A DNA stretch of 42,438 bases from Octopus bimaculoides (taxonomy: Eukaryota), in contig NC_069008.1 of assembly GCF_001194135.2 (NCBI RefSeq), positions 15,429,462-15,471,899 on the forward strand. The letters run 5' to 3'. The notes under the pieces are model-generated. The model saw only the letters and a list, made by a program, of their open reading frames with translations. It was not told where the DNA came from and did not search any database. Within the stretch, counting starts at the first letter, position 1, and every line of letters starts with the position of its first letter. Shown here piece after piece: positions 24,622 to 38,129 of the stretch. A program made the translations under genes and the position numbers.

Positions 24622-25580
24622 ATTAAACAATGAAAATATTCAATGTTTTTAATTCTGTAGACGTTTGGTTTTTGGCACGTCGATTCTTTGTTTCTCTTCT
24701 ATGTTTTATGAACGAATGATGTCCTTGATTTTTGCGGGATTTGACTGCTATCTCTAGCTCTGGATGAGAGGTGTCTGATATGTGCAAGATTTGGCTGCTA
24801 TTTCTAGCTATGGAAGCTCCTTTCTACACTCCCCACCGTTATCTTCACCATGCATTTGAAAATGATGGTGGCGGGGAAGCCTTTTATAAAAAGTTACGAA
24901 AATCTGATTTCCACTCGCTTTTATGACTGAACATTATTATAATTCTTGGGTAACATGTAGTGTACCGTCGTAAAATAATGAAAGTAAATGGATGATTTTA
25001 TTTTTGTTCGTGTAATAGGAATTTACACAAGATTCTGTGATATAAACTTTAGTAAATTAAGATATTAACTTCATCACTGTCTTATAACATCCGTTGTCCA
25101 TACTGGCATGGTTGGATGGTTTGACCAGAGCTAGGAAGCTGGGGAGCTGCAGCAGACTCCAGTCTGATTTCTGGGAGTTTCTAGAGCTTGATGCCCTTCC
25201 TAGTGCCAACAACTTCACAGAGTGTGCATTGTGCTTTTATGAGGAATGGCCACCAGAGTGACGTGTCTTAACACTTCTGTAATGGAGTGCAGGTCTTCTT
25301 GGGTATAGCAAGGTACCAGACATTTTCATCCTTTGTCAGATCACATGAATTGTTCAGCATTCTGAGTTTGCTCTTCAGCAATTCATACCATGTCTTTCTA
25401 GGTGTCCCACTTTCACATATTCCATCTACTTTGAAGGATTGGCACTTCTTTATGGAGCTGTCAAAGTCTAGTTCAATTGTTACGGTAAATGTTTGTTTCT
25501 ACCATTTATCTCAATAAAAATGAATCTGTATGATTTAAGCAGCCTCTACATCTTACACTGTTGTTTCTCTGTAATTTCAG
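24616..25580 (+). other. Predicted 5'-UTR intron of ZNF-D
   Basis: GTAAGT donor and TTGTTTCTCTGTAATTTCAG acceptor. Confidence 0.6.
25075..25475 (-). mobile_element. Ancient intronic RTE 3' end (antisense to ZNF-D)
   Basis: The minus strand reads DSSIKKCQSFKVDGICESGTPRKTWYELLKSKLRML, followed by 3' UTR and tail. Confidence 0.75.
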
Positions 25581-25920
25581 ACAACATCAATGTAACAGAA
25601 GATGCTTCCTCGATATCTACCATGTTTTAAAGACTAAAAGAAAATATACAAAACAGATGTATGACATTATTTCTACAAATCTGTGGTAGAATTCCTGTGA
25701 AACATTTGCTCTGAAATAATATTAGCAAAATATCTGAACATCACCGATTGATGTCTCAAGAAGAGAAGCCTGTGTGCTAATTAAAGTTGGATAAATTTGT
25801 GTAAATGTTGCTAAGCAGAGATAACACTGGACAGAAATAGAACAGTAGAAGTGGTTGTGAAGAATAAACTATAAAAACAAAAACAAAAAATATATAAACT
25901 AGTATTTGAAAGGAAAAGTA

Positions 25921-26907
<987 letters not shown>

Positions 26908-27319
26908 TTTCTTGTTTACTATATATTTTTAATATTCCTCTGATTTATACAATGGAAGTTTCCCAAACTTTTAGTTTTTTTTTTGTTTTTGTTTTTGTAA
27001 TTTTTATCTTTTTTTTTCCCATAGTGTAAGGACCTCTGTACCTAAACTCTTCCTCTTCTTGGCAACCCTTCATCTTATTCTTTCTTGAATATCACATCCT
27101 GTACAGTATATTTACTGTTTATTATTTTTTTAAATGCTTCATTCATTAAATATGTTATACAATAACTTACTTTATGACTTTTTCATGCCTAGAAATATTG
27201 TAAAGTTGTCATATGCAGTAATCTCTTGCTGTTCGTGGTTCACCTATGGTGGTTTATTATTTAAGCTTATGTCATTTCCTTTGTGGTGTTGTTTTGCATT
27301 TATAATAAAATAAATATAT

Positions 27320-30115
27320 AGCCTAGTAGTTAGTGACTTCAGGATAAGGGCCATGTGGTTGCCCAGAAGACGACCAGCATGGAGGAGAAGGGTCTGGAAG
27401 CTCAAAGATCCTGCAGATGGACAGAGATTTAGAGACTTATTACTCGAAGCCTTTGACAGAATAGAGGGGGATATAGCTTCACACTATGTAGAAGACAACT
27501 GGAGGTTTCTACGGGACAACCTGCTGAGGGCCACTGACCAGATCTGTGGATGGTGCAAAGTCCCCTCTCGACCCAAAATAACGTGGTGGTGGAACAATGT
27601 TGTTGACATGGCTATCAGACAAAGAAACAGGCTTGGAAGGACTGGAAGAATGGTGGTAGCAGGGAATTGTATCAGACTGCCAGAAGGGAAGCTAGGCGAC
27701 AGGTTTATTTAGCCGGAGGGGAAGCAGATGAGAAAAAATTTGCCAATGTTCTGTGCCGTGAGGACCAAAGACTTGAGGTATTTCATGTTGCAAGACAGTG
27801 TGTGAGAGAGAATCGTGATGATGTAGGAGAGAAAAGTGTCTGCATGGATGATGGTTCACTTGCCAATGAGGCTGCAAAGAAAGAGGTTTGGAGATGCCAC
27901 TACGAAATATTACTCAATAAAGAGAATGAATGGGAGAAAGAGAGTCTACCAAATGTCGACCCAACAGAGGGACCAGGTATCCGAGTTGACAGTACCATGG
28001 TAGATAAAGCAATTAAGAGTATGGAGACAGGGAAGGCCTCCGGCCCATCAGGAATCACTGCAGAGTTGCTCAAAATATCTGGCAGTGTCGGCTATAGCCT
28101 AGTCACCCATATTGCTAACCAAGTGATACACGAAGGTGTCATACCCAATGACTGGTGTAGCAGCACCATAGTCAACTGCTACAAAGGTAAAGGTGACGCT
28201 TAAGATACAAATAATTACAGAGGTATCAAGCTGTTAGATCAGGTAATGAAAGTCACGGAGAGGATCATAGCTCAACTAATTAGGGAGCGAGTCAGTTTAG
28301 ATGAGATGCAGTTTGGGTTCATGCCAGAGCAAAGCACCACTGATGTTATATTTCTGGTAAGACAGCTGCAGGAGAAATACCTAGCCAAAGATAAACCTCT
28401 GTGCTTGGTCTTTGTTGACATAGAGAAAGCTTTTGACAGGTTTCCCCGATCCCTTATCTGGTGGTCAGTGAGGGAACTAGGGATAGAAGAATGGTTAGTG
28501 AGAGCCGTGTGAGCCATGTACAGAGATGCTGCCAGTAAGGTGAGGGTTGGAAATGAGTACAGTGAAGAAGTCCAGTTAGAGGTAGGGGTCCACCAAGGCT
28601 CTGTCCTCAGCCCCCTCCTATTCATCATAGTCCTCCAGGCGATAACAGGAATTCAAGACAGGATGCCTCTGGGAGCTCCTCTATGCTGATGACCTTGCAC
28701 TAATTGCTGAGTCACTATCAGAACTAGAGGAGAAGTTTCAGGTGTGGAAGCAAGGACTAGAATCGAAGGGCCTTAGAGTCAACCTAGCTAAGACCAAAGT
28801 CCTAATAAGTAGGAAGGTAGAAAAAACACAAACCCCTTCAAGTAGATGGCACTGCTCAATCTGTAGAAAAGGCGTAGTTAGAAACTCCATAAGATGTACC
28901 CAGTGCAAGCTATGGACACATAAGAGGTGCAGCAATATCAAAGGAAGGTTAACTAGGAAGTTAGTTTTTGTATGTGGCAGATGTTCAGGAGCAATAAACA
29001 CTGAAAATGTGCAGAAAACAACTTCTGCTACATTCCAGGGAGAAAAGCTAGACGTAGTTGATAGCTTCCGCTATCTAGGTGACCAAGTTAGTAGTGGGGG
29101 AGGGTGCACTGAAAGTGTAGCTGCTAGAATAAGAATAGCCTGGGCAAAGTTCAGAGAGCTCTTACCTCTACTGGCAACAAAGGGTCTCTCTCTCAGAGTA
29201 AAAAGCAGACTGTATGACACATGTGTATGAACAGCCATGCTACATGGCAGTGAAACATGGTCCGTGACTGCTGAGGACATGCGTAAGCTTGAAAGGAATG
29301 AAGCCAGTATGCTCCAATGGATGTGTAACGTCAGTGTGCATACCCAACAGTGTAAGTACATTGAGAGAAAAGCTGAACCTAAGAAGCATCAGATGTGGTG
29401 TGCAAGAGAGACGATTGCGCTGGTATGGTCACGTAGTGAAAATGGATGAGGATAGCTGTGTGAAAAAGTGCCACACCCTAGCGGTTGAGGGAACCTGTGG
29501 AAGAGGCAGGCCCAGGAAGACCTGGGATGAAGTGGTGAAGCACGATATCCGAACATTGGGCCTCACTGAGGCAATGACTTCTGACCGAGACCTTTGGAAA
29601 TATGTTGTGCGTAAGTGGACCCAGCAAGCCAAGTGAGACCAAAATCCAAGGCCTCTGCCAGGGATGTAGCCAGCCCACTTATGCGTACCTTTCCTTCATT
29701 GGACACTAAACTTCGCTTGCGAAGACCCATTGAGGCAAGTGAAATCGANNNNNNNNNNACCAGTGGAGCACTAAGAGTACCGTTCGGGCATGATCATCAC
29801 CAGCGTTGCCTTCCTGGCACATGAAAAGTCATTCGAGCGAGATCATTGCCAGTGCCGCTGGACTGTGCAGGTGGCACGTAATACACCATTTTGAGTGTGG
29901 CCGTTGCCAGTACCGCCTGACTGGCCTTCGAGACAGTGGCACATAAAACCACGCACTACACTCTCAGAGTGGTTGGCGTTAGGAAGGGCATCCAGCTGTA
30001 GAAACTCTGCCAGATCAAATTGGAACCTGGTGTAGCCATCTGGTTCACCAGTCCTCAGTCAAATCGTCCAGCCCATGCTAGCATGGAAAGCGGACGTTAA
30101 ACGAGGATGATGATG
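27320..30115 (+). mobile_element. RTE LINE, 5'-truncated about 2.8 kb copy, inactive
   Basis: End of APE (LVVSDF), RT motifs QFGF, FVDIEKAFD, GVHQGSVLSPLLF and YADD (28682-28693), FRYLG, C-terminal GRGRPRKTW, about 470-nt 3' UTR, palindrome 30073-30086 and (GAT)n tail. Several stops and frameshifts. Confidence 0.95.
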
Positions 30116-30360
30116 TTCTTTACCTGCGAGGAACCCAGCGGAACTTCCTCTCCACCTTATTTCCTGGATGCAGCACAAATCTACACACCTACATTCAAGC
30201 ATCTCAACAATCACATCAGACCTACCTTTCAATATGTCAACTTTGAGGGTGTGGGTTGGCAAGACCTGGATGGGAGACAGCAGCATTATAAATCTGAAAA
30301 GAAATCTTGCATTTGGTAGATCTTGTAAGCATGCAATAACCATTAAGCTGCATGCACTGT
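30116..30360 (-). mobile_element. Old RTE 5'/APE start (paralog of 10265-10495)
   Basis: Reads LKGRSDVIVEMLECRCVDLCCIQEIRWRGSSAGFLAGKE. Confidence 0.8.
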
Positions 30361-30458
30361 GCCATCATTTTATTTGCTACATAATCACTACATTCAATAG
30401 GAGAAAGATGCAAGGTAGGGATGGAGGAAGAAGGCAGGTGGGGAGGCATTCCATACAG

Positions 30459-30708
30459 CAGGGGTTTTCAAACTTTTTGACTTGCGGACCCCATTATATT
30501 TCAGGCTTTACCTTAAGGACCCCCTTATAAACACTTATGAAATTTATACATAAATATTTGCTTAAAATAACATATATTTTTACATTTATTTATTTAACAG
30601 TATTTAACAAATAGGTTTATTGTCAATTAAAAAACATATAAAATCAAATTGCCCATAAAAAGTATTTGCTGTCCACAGCCCCCCTGTCTTGTCCTTTGAT
30701 AACCCCTG
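30459..30708. mobile_element. hAT-type MITE (250 bp)
   Basis: 14-bp TIRs CAGGGGTTTTCAAA / TTTGATAACCCCTG (1 mismatch) and a perfect 8-bp TSD CCATACAG (30451-30458, 30709-30716). The paralogous empty site is near 11690. Confidence 0.9.
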
Positions 30709-30719
30709 CCATACAGTAA

Positions 30720-31690
30720 TCCATTGGAGGTACTCAGGAGAAAGACATCCGGTGGAGGTCAGAGCATAAAGACTTCTGGTATAGGTGGTGCGGGTGGAAA
30801 CATCTTGACTATGATGCTGTTACACCAAGCATTGGTTATACCATCCTGGACAACCTTATTAATTAAATGGTGACAAGGCTGTATCCTAATATGCATTTTA
30901 GAAGTAATTCCTGATGGACAAGGGGCTTTCGCAGTCTTTGAATTCTTAACTGCCACCAATAAGAATGGCTGGACCCTCTCATGTTCACATTAGGACAGCT
31001 TTCTCACATTTAGTAGCCTTTCATATTTGCACTTCCATGCCTGTCTCTTTTTTACAATCAGTGAATGCAAGTCTGCAATTATTCATCTGCACACACATCC
31101 CAAACTTCAATTCCTGCAAACCAGAATATCAGAACACTTCATAAATTTGATGAAACTGTGAAATATCAGCATACTTCTTTTCTGTTTTTTCCCTTTGCTA
31201 AATAGAGTTGTTTCCTAGCTTCTCTTCCAGCTACCAGCTGTTCCCATTCTTCCAAACATTCCCAGAATGCCTCTTTGCTTTTAGTGCTAAGTACACTTCC
31301 CTGTTCCACCATCACGTCACCCTTCACCTGCCTGGGATTTTGGACCAGCTACAGATTTGTTCAGCAGCTCTACACAGGTTGTCTCCTAAGAGCTTCCAGT
31401 TGCCCTATATATTATATATCTCCACTTTCTCCTTTTTGTTAAAGGCTGTAATTAGTACACACATCTCCAACTATTTTAAGGATCCTTAAGTTCCTAAGAT
31501 TTCCTCTTCCAGATTGGTCAAAATCTCTCACATTTTGTCACTTCAAGTCTCATCTCAAATCACTAAACGCTAACCTAAGTTGTGAAGTCCATTCTTTGCC
31601 AGGGAATGACTTTGCATTCAGAAATATCTGCCTATCCAGCTTTCTACTTAGCATGTAGTCAATCTGACTTGTGTGTCACCAGATTCATAA
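30720..31690 (-). mobile_element. Old RTE fragment in the ZNF-E 3' flank
   Basis: Colinear with 11705-12690. Confidence 0.7.
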
Positions 31691-32216
31691 GTGATCAATT
31701 GGGTGGTAGGTTTCCCTAAGTTCTGAAGTTAATATTAACAAAAACAGGATGAGATTGTGAATAAAAATAACCTTCAAAATGCTTTTTTTCAATTTTAAGA
31801 AAGTAATTCTAATCTGGACCCTTGAAAACTTATCTCTGCAAAGATTAATTTAAAGAAACTATTCTTCAGACAATAACGGGGAAATCAATCTGGTGTAGGG
31901 CACTAAACTATACTTATGCCTCATGTTCTTCCTTCGTGGTCTCTTCTGTTTTGTATTAGGAGGTCATTGTTTATGTACATAACTGACATTCCTGTGAAAA
32001 AGTCATAACTTGTGTTATTATATAAAATATTTAATAAATGAAATGTTTAAAAGACAATAAACAATAAATGTACTGTGCAGGATGCAATATTCAAGAAAGA
32101 ATAATGTGTGGAGTTGTCAGTAGGAGGAGTTTTGGCATAGAGGTCCTTGCGTCACAGAAAAAAAGGGGAAAATTACAGGAACAAAATAAAATAAATCTAA
32201 AAACTTTTGGAAATAC

Positions 32217-32222
32217 TTTAAT
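32217..32222 (-). terminator. Candidate poly(A) signal ATTAAA of ZNF-E
   Basis: Position conserved with ZNF-B and ZNF-C. Confidence 0.4.
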
Positions 32223-32268
32223 TTCAATTGCATAAATCAAGAATATTAAAAATATAGCAAACAAGAAA

Positions 32269-33855
32269 CTACCCTTTTCCTTTCTTTCCTGTATGAATAT
32301 ATTTGTGCTTTGTTAAGTCACAATTTTGAGAGAATGATTTACCACAGATATCACTTTGATATGGCTTCCCTCCTGTATGAATACGTCTGTGCTTTGCTAA
32401 GCCCCAATTGTCAGAGAATGATTTACCACAGATATCACAGAGATATGGTTTCTCTCCTGTATGAATAGATTTGTGTCTAGTTAATTTACTACTTTCAGAG
32501 AATGATTTACCACAAATATCACAATGATATGGTTTCTCTCCTGTGTGAATACGTTTGTGTCTAGTTAACTCGCTATTTTGATAGAATGATTTACCACAGA
32601 TATTACAATGATAAGGTTTCTCTGCAGTATGAATAGATTTGTGTCTAGTCAAAGTACTACTGAGAGAGAATGATTTACCACATATATCACAATGATATGG
32701 TTTCTCTCCTGTATGAGTACGTTTGTGTCTAGTTAATGTATTACTTTCAGAAAATAATTTACCACATATATCACAATGATAGGGTTTCTCTCCTGTATGA
32801 ATATATTTGTGTTCTCTTAATTTATTATTTTGAGGGAATGATTTACCACAGATATCACAACAAAATGGTTTCTCTCCTGTATGAAAATATTTGTGGTTTG
32901 TTAAGCTATTATTCTGAGAGAACGATTTACCACAAATATCACAATGATACGGTTTCTCCCCTGTATGAATACGTTCATGTGTAGTTAGGGTACTATTATG
33001 AGAGAATGTTTTACCACATATCTCACAGTGATATGGTTTCTCTCCTGTATGAATACGTTCATGTGTAGTTAAGATACTATTACAAGAGAAAGATTTCAAG
33101 CAGACGCTACAATGATATGGTTTCTCTCCTGTATGAGTACGTTTGTGTTTCATTAAGTTACCATTTTTGGGGAATGATTTACCACAGATATCACAATGAT
33201 ATGGTTTCTTTCCTGTATGAAAATATTTGTGGTTTGTTAAGTTATCATTCTGAGAGAACGATTTACCACAGATATCACAGTAATACGGTTTCTCTCCTGT
33301 ATGAATATGTTTATGTGTAGTCAAGTTACTATTTTGAGAGAATGATTTACCACATATCTCACAGTGATATGGTTTCTCTCCTGTATGAATACGTTCATGT
33401 GTAGTTAAGATACTATTACAAGAGAAAGATTTCAAGCAGACACTACAATGATATGGTTTCTCTCCTGTATGAGTATGTTTGTGTTTCATTAAGTTACCAT
33501 TTTGGGGGAATGATTTACCACAGATATCACAATGATATGGTTTCTCTCCTGTATGAACACGCCTGTGCTTTGCTAAGACACTATTGTCAGAGAATGATTT
33601 ACCACAAATATCACAGTGATAAGGTTTCTCACCTGTATGAATACGTTTGTGTCTAGTTAAGACTTTATTTTGAGAGAAAGATTTACCACAGATATCACAC
33701 GGATGTGGTTTCTCTCCTGAATGAATACGTTTGTGCATAAGCAGGTTACTTTTTTGGTAGAAGGACCTTGTACAGATAACACAGTCGAATGATCTTGTCT
33801 CTTTTACCATGTGTCCAGGGGAAATCAGTTGTCTATTTTTCTCACTCTTTTCCAT
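32269..33855 (-). CDS. C2H2 zinc finger protein ZNF-E (18 finger units, last degenerate; 528 aa)
   Basis: Open frame with first ATG at 33855 (track start 33927 is GTG). Finger 18 has Cys1>Ser; KKGKG tail. Confidence 0.92.
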   Translation of the reverse strand: MEKSEKNRQLISPGHMVKETRSFDCVICTRSFYQKSNLLMHKRIHSGEKPHPCDICGKSFSQNKVLTRHKRIHTGEKPYHCDICGKSFSDNSVLAKHRRVHTGEKPYHCDICGKSFPQNGNLMKHKHTHTGEKPYHCSVCLKSFSCNSILTTHERIHTGEKPYHCEICGKSFSQNSNLTTHKHIHTGEKPYYCDICGKSFSQNDNLTNHKYFHTGKKPYHCDICGKSFPKNGNLMKHKRTHTGEKPYHCSVCLKSFSCNSILTTHERIHTGEKPYHCEICGKTFSHNSTLTTHERIHTGEKPYHCDICGKSFSQNNSLTNHKYFHTGEKPFCCDICGKSFPQNNKLREHKYIHTGEKPYHCDICGKLFSESNTLTRHKRTHTGEKPYHCDICGKSFSLSSTLTRHKSIHTAEKPYHCNICGKSFYQNSELTRHKRIHTGEKPYHCDICGKSFSESSKLTRHKSIHTGEKPYLCDICGKSFSDNWGLAKHRRIHTGGKPYQSDICGKSFSQNCDLTKHKYIHTGKKGKG

Positions 33856-34198
33856 TACTTTTCCTCTCAAATCCCAGTTTATATATTTTTTCTTACTTTT
33901 GTCTTCTACTTTATTCCTTACAAACACTTCTAGTGTTGTATTTCTGTCCAGTGTTACCTTTGTTTAGCAACATTTACACAAATTTATCTAACTTTAATTA
34001 GCACACAAGCTCTTCTTGACACTCCAGTCAGTGACGTTCGCAAGTTTTGCTTATAATATTATTTCAGAAGAAATGTTTCATAGGAATTCCTCCACAGATT
34101 TGTAGAAACAATCTGATACATCTGTTTTGTATAATATTTTCCTTTAGTCTTTAAAACATGGTAGATATTGAGGATGTTTCTTCTGTTACATCGATGTT

Positions 34199-36046
34199 CT
34201 GAAATTAGAGAAAAACAACAGTGTAAGATGTAGAGGCTACTTAAAACATACAGATTCATTTCTGTTGAGATAAATGGTAGAGACAAACATTTACCTTAAC
34301 ATCTGAGCTGGATTCCAACAGCTCCGTAAAGAAGTGCCAATCTCTCAAAGTAAATGGAACATGTGGAAGTGGGATGCCTAGAAAGACATGGCATGAAGTG
34401 CTGAAGAGCAAACTCAGGATGCTGAACCATTCATGTGATATGAGAAAGGACCAAAATGTCTGGTACCTTGCTATATCCAAGAAGACCTGCACTCCATTAC
34501 AGAAGTGTTAAAACTTGTCTCTCTGGTGGCAAAAAGCCCAGTATCATGTGAAAGTGCTGCAAATTAGAGTATGTGTGTTTCCATGTAAAAGTGCATGTGT
34601 AATTCCACATAAAAGCACCCTGAACACTCTGTGAAGTGGTTGGCACCAGGAAGGGCATCTAGCTCTAGAATTTATGAGAAATCAGACTGGAGTCTGCTGC
34701 AGCTCTGGTCAAATTGGTTTGTAAAATTTCAAATTTTCGAAAAAGAAAAAAAATATATATATATAAACAATATATGAGTATATGCATATATATGTATATG
34801 TATGTACATACCTTCGTCTACATGTACATATAGATACATATCTGGGTACATGACGTTGCAAAAAAAACATGGACAAAATGATAAACAAGGTACAAAAAAA
34901 CAAGCAGGCCACATAGAGAACATATACTTCATCAGCTGCCACCATTAAAACACTGGCGTTTCGAAGAGTTAGGGCAGGACACATCGTTAAAACGGCTCTT
35001 CCCACGAACATAAATTAAATTTGTGCCATGGAGGACAGAAAACAAGACAGGAAAATGAAACGGTGAAATAAACAAACAAAAAAGCTGTACAGCCAGACGT
35101 GGAGAAGTGTGTGTATATTGAACGCTGTGAAGCAAGAACTGGAGAGGCGAAGGACGAGCAACGAGAGATAGAGAGAGAGAGAGATAGTAGCGACAGGGAT
35201 ATATATATATATATATATATACACTTTCTTTTTTGAAAATATGAAGTTTTACAAACCATTTTTTTTTTCAGAACCTTAATCTTCGTATTTNNNNNNNNNN
35301 NNNNNNNNNNNNNCGTATTTCGCGAAGAAAAAAATTTCCGGGAAAAGTGAAAAATAAGGAGGGAGGGGTGAAGGGGAGGGGATTTAAATTTTGAAAATGC
35401 GATTCTTTGAAAAAAAAAAATTTTTTTTTTTTCCAGAATCGGATCCTCCATAACCAAAAACGTGGGATTCCGTAAAAATATCAATATATATCCATTTGAC
35501 CGGAAGTTATGAGGGAAAAATCGGATCTTGTGAATTTTCCGAAAGTCTCCTCCCCCCCGGATCGTTAGCGCGCATTTTTTGTTTCATATTCGTTTTCCCC
35601 ATACTTGTTAACACCCTCCAGGCTGATTAATTTTTGTTTTTGTTCTCGGGTGAGGATCTTTATATTGACCGAAATCTGTAGCTATGCCTAAAAGAATATT
35701 GTTTTCTAAACATTTCAGTGGTTGGAGCGTTTCTTCAGAATATTTTTTAAGCTAAAGAAAAACAACATGCCAACGGCGGTGAGTGGAGAAAGTAGCCTCC
35801 ATAGCTAAATATAGCAGCTAAATCCCACATAAATCAGACATCTGTCTTCCATAGCTAGAAATAGCCAACTCCCGCACAAATCATAGACATCAGTCTTCCA
35901 AAGTTAGAGATGGCAGCCAAATTCCACACAAATGAAGGTCATCTATCGTTCATAAACTATAGAGGAAAGACAAAGAATTAACGCGCAAAAAAACTGAACG
36001 TCTACAGATTTAAAAACATTAAATGCTTTCCTTGTTAAATACTTAC
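34199..36046 (-). other. Predicted 5'-UTR intron of ZNF-E
   Basis: Donor TTCC|GTAAGT (G at 36046); acceptor TTTCTCTAATTTCAG ending at 34199. Confidence 0.65.
34320..34710 (+). mobile_element. Ancient intronic RTE 3' end (antisense to ZNF-E)
   Basis: Homologous to 20955-21420 and the reverse complement of 25120-25475. Confidence 0.75.
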
Positions 36047-36270
36047 GGAAATGCTTCGTAAAGGATAGTATTGTTATATATGTATGTATCTGGTAGTTGA
36101 GAAATGCATTATAAATACGTTTTATAAGTATTATAAATGTATAATCAGCTGATTAAGAGAAATTCATGTACAATACAATTAACTGCACGTCAACATCGAG
36201 ATGTATGTTCAATGCACATGCGTAGTTCCTGTCATATTTAAGGCAGCTAAGACTAATTGTCTCCCTTTGT
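36041..36270 (-). promoter_or_regulatory. ZNF-E promoter module, exon 1 and donor
   Basis: ACGCATGTGCA (minus; 36213-36223, one mismatch) and TTAATCAGCTGAT (minus) 36144-36156. Confidence 0.6.
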
Positions 36271-37699
36271 GCACGAAATATTCTTTTCCCACGAGAGTTC
36301 TGATATCCAGTAGTGAACTCGTTTGTTAACTTGACATGGTCAAGGTGAGCTCTGGTAAACTTAAGACGAAGAACGGTATTTGTAAGTCGACCGATCGCCA
36401 AATTATGCCTGATTTTAGAAGGAGACGAGTAATTAGATAGATTTGCATCTATACCTATTATCGAATTTTGTTAGGGCCCCATATGGTAAAGATGCGGATG
36501 GAAGACATGTGGGCAGAGGGTGATGTGCTAGCAACTCTCTCCCCTTACTGTTTTACTAAGTAAATAACTACGCAGAACCAGCCATGGTTGAAACAACAGC
36601 AAGCATTCTTGGTAGAGATGGACTATATGTAATCTGAACCCCCCCCCCTTATTTATTAATTTTTTTTACAGAATCCCACGTTTTAGGCTATGGAGATTCC
36701 GATTCTGAAAAAAAAAATTTTGAAAAATTTCAATCCCCCCCCCCACCAAGCAGGCTATTTACATGCTAGAAATAACAGCCAAATCTCACAAAACTAGTGT
36801 TAGGGTTAGGATAAAAGAAGCATGGTCATTCCTTACCCAAATGACTGTCTCGTCGCCTGTTATGTGCTCATAAATCAGTTTGATAGTTGAGCTCTGATTA
36901 TGTGTGCAAATAAGTTCATAACTGGGTTTTATAGAAGATCCCATATATCATGGTGAGAGAAACAAATTCATAAATGCGGTGTTGGATATGGATTTACTAT
37001 GGAAAAAAGTTAAGGGCGATTTAGCTGTTGTTTTTAACACATCTATACCACTGGGATCCTTTTCAAAACCTTTTTCTATTACTCAAACGAAAGATAAATG
37101 AATCCAATTTTTTTTTTATTTCCGATCTTATTTCCATTACACTCGAGCAAAGAAATAATTTATTAAGTTCTTTCTCTTCGAAATTCCACTCCCCATCCCC
37201 TCGGAAAAAAATTTTCCCCACAAATTTCTTTGTAACCGTAATCTATGTCGTTTGAAAACTAGTAATATAAAAAGAAATCCATTTTCCTAAAACGTACGAG
37301 AGATAAAATCGGATCTTGTGAATTTCCCTAAAGTTCTCTTCTCACATCCCAGTTCGTTAGAGCAAATTTTTGTTTTCATATTCGTTTTCTACACATTTTT
37401 TAATGTTCTTTTTTGTTTTGATGGCCAGTCGTTAAAGTAAACATAACCAATTGATGTGTTGAAACACATTTTGCTGTATCTGGAGAGAGTCGTATTGTCT
37501 TTTATCTAACACATTCACCGGTTCAGTTTCCACTCATTATTTATATCCTTTTCTTTTCCATTGACAAAGTTGCAAATGCAATGAAAATGTTGGAAAAGAA
37601 AAACAAGAAATATACGTAATAAACGAGTTGTAATTGACCCGTTGTCTTAAGTGACAAGGCAATAGCAACTCTCCCAGAGACAGCAAATTGAATCATAGT

Positions 37700-37888
37700 G
37701 AAACATAAAAGGGAGATAAGCGAGAGTAAATATTTGCGAGGGGACCTACGCATGCGCATTGAATGCGTTTTGATATCCGGTTAAATGTCTTGTCAATGAA
37801 TTTCTTTTAATAAGCAGATCGATCATATGCTCTCAACTACCAGATACATATATAACAAAACTATCCTTTATGAAATCTTTCCGTAAGT
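37700..37888 (+). promoter_or_regulatory. ZNF-F promoter module, exon 1 and donor
   Basis: ACGCATGCGCA 37748-37758, GATATCCGGTTAAATGTC 37772-37789, degenerate TTAATAAGCAGAT, donor at 37883. Confidence 0.65.
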
Positions 37889-38129
37889 ATTGAACAATTC
37901 TATTACTTTGTGCTTTTTGTGTTGGTCGTGGGTGGGTTGTTAGGGGATTGTTTAACTGGGTTTTTTTTCTGTTGTGTGTTTTTATAAAACACCTTGTTGT
38001 CTGTGTTTGGCAGACTTCGTGAACGTTGTTCCCCTCTATGAAAAGGGGAATTAATTATTTTATTATTATTATCGTCAACTGTGGGATTTATCCCAAAAGT
38101 AATGTATTGCACCTCTGTAGTGGTGCTCT

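Noticed and set aside
27320-30115. Active or full-length LINE
   Set aside because: It is 5'-truncated within the APE domain and carries several stops and frameshifts.
33856-33927. N-terminal extension of ZNF-E (and MRGKV extensions of B, C, D, F)
   Set aside because: The starts are GTG or TTG from a prokaryote-style ORF caller. The first ATG is at MEK/MEW, and upstream frames are closed by stops.
34915-34990. GAAAC...CTGATGA on the minus strand as a possible type-II hammerhead
   Set aside because: There is no NUH site or stem I between the motifs, and stem II does not close correctly.
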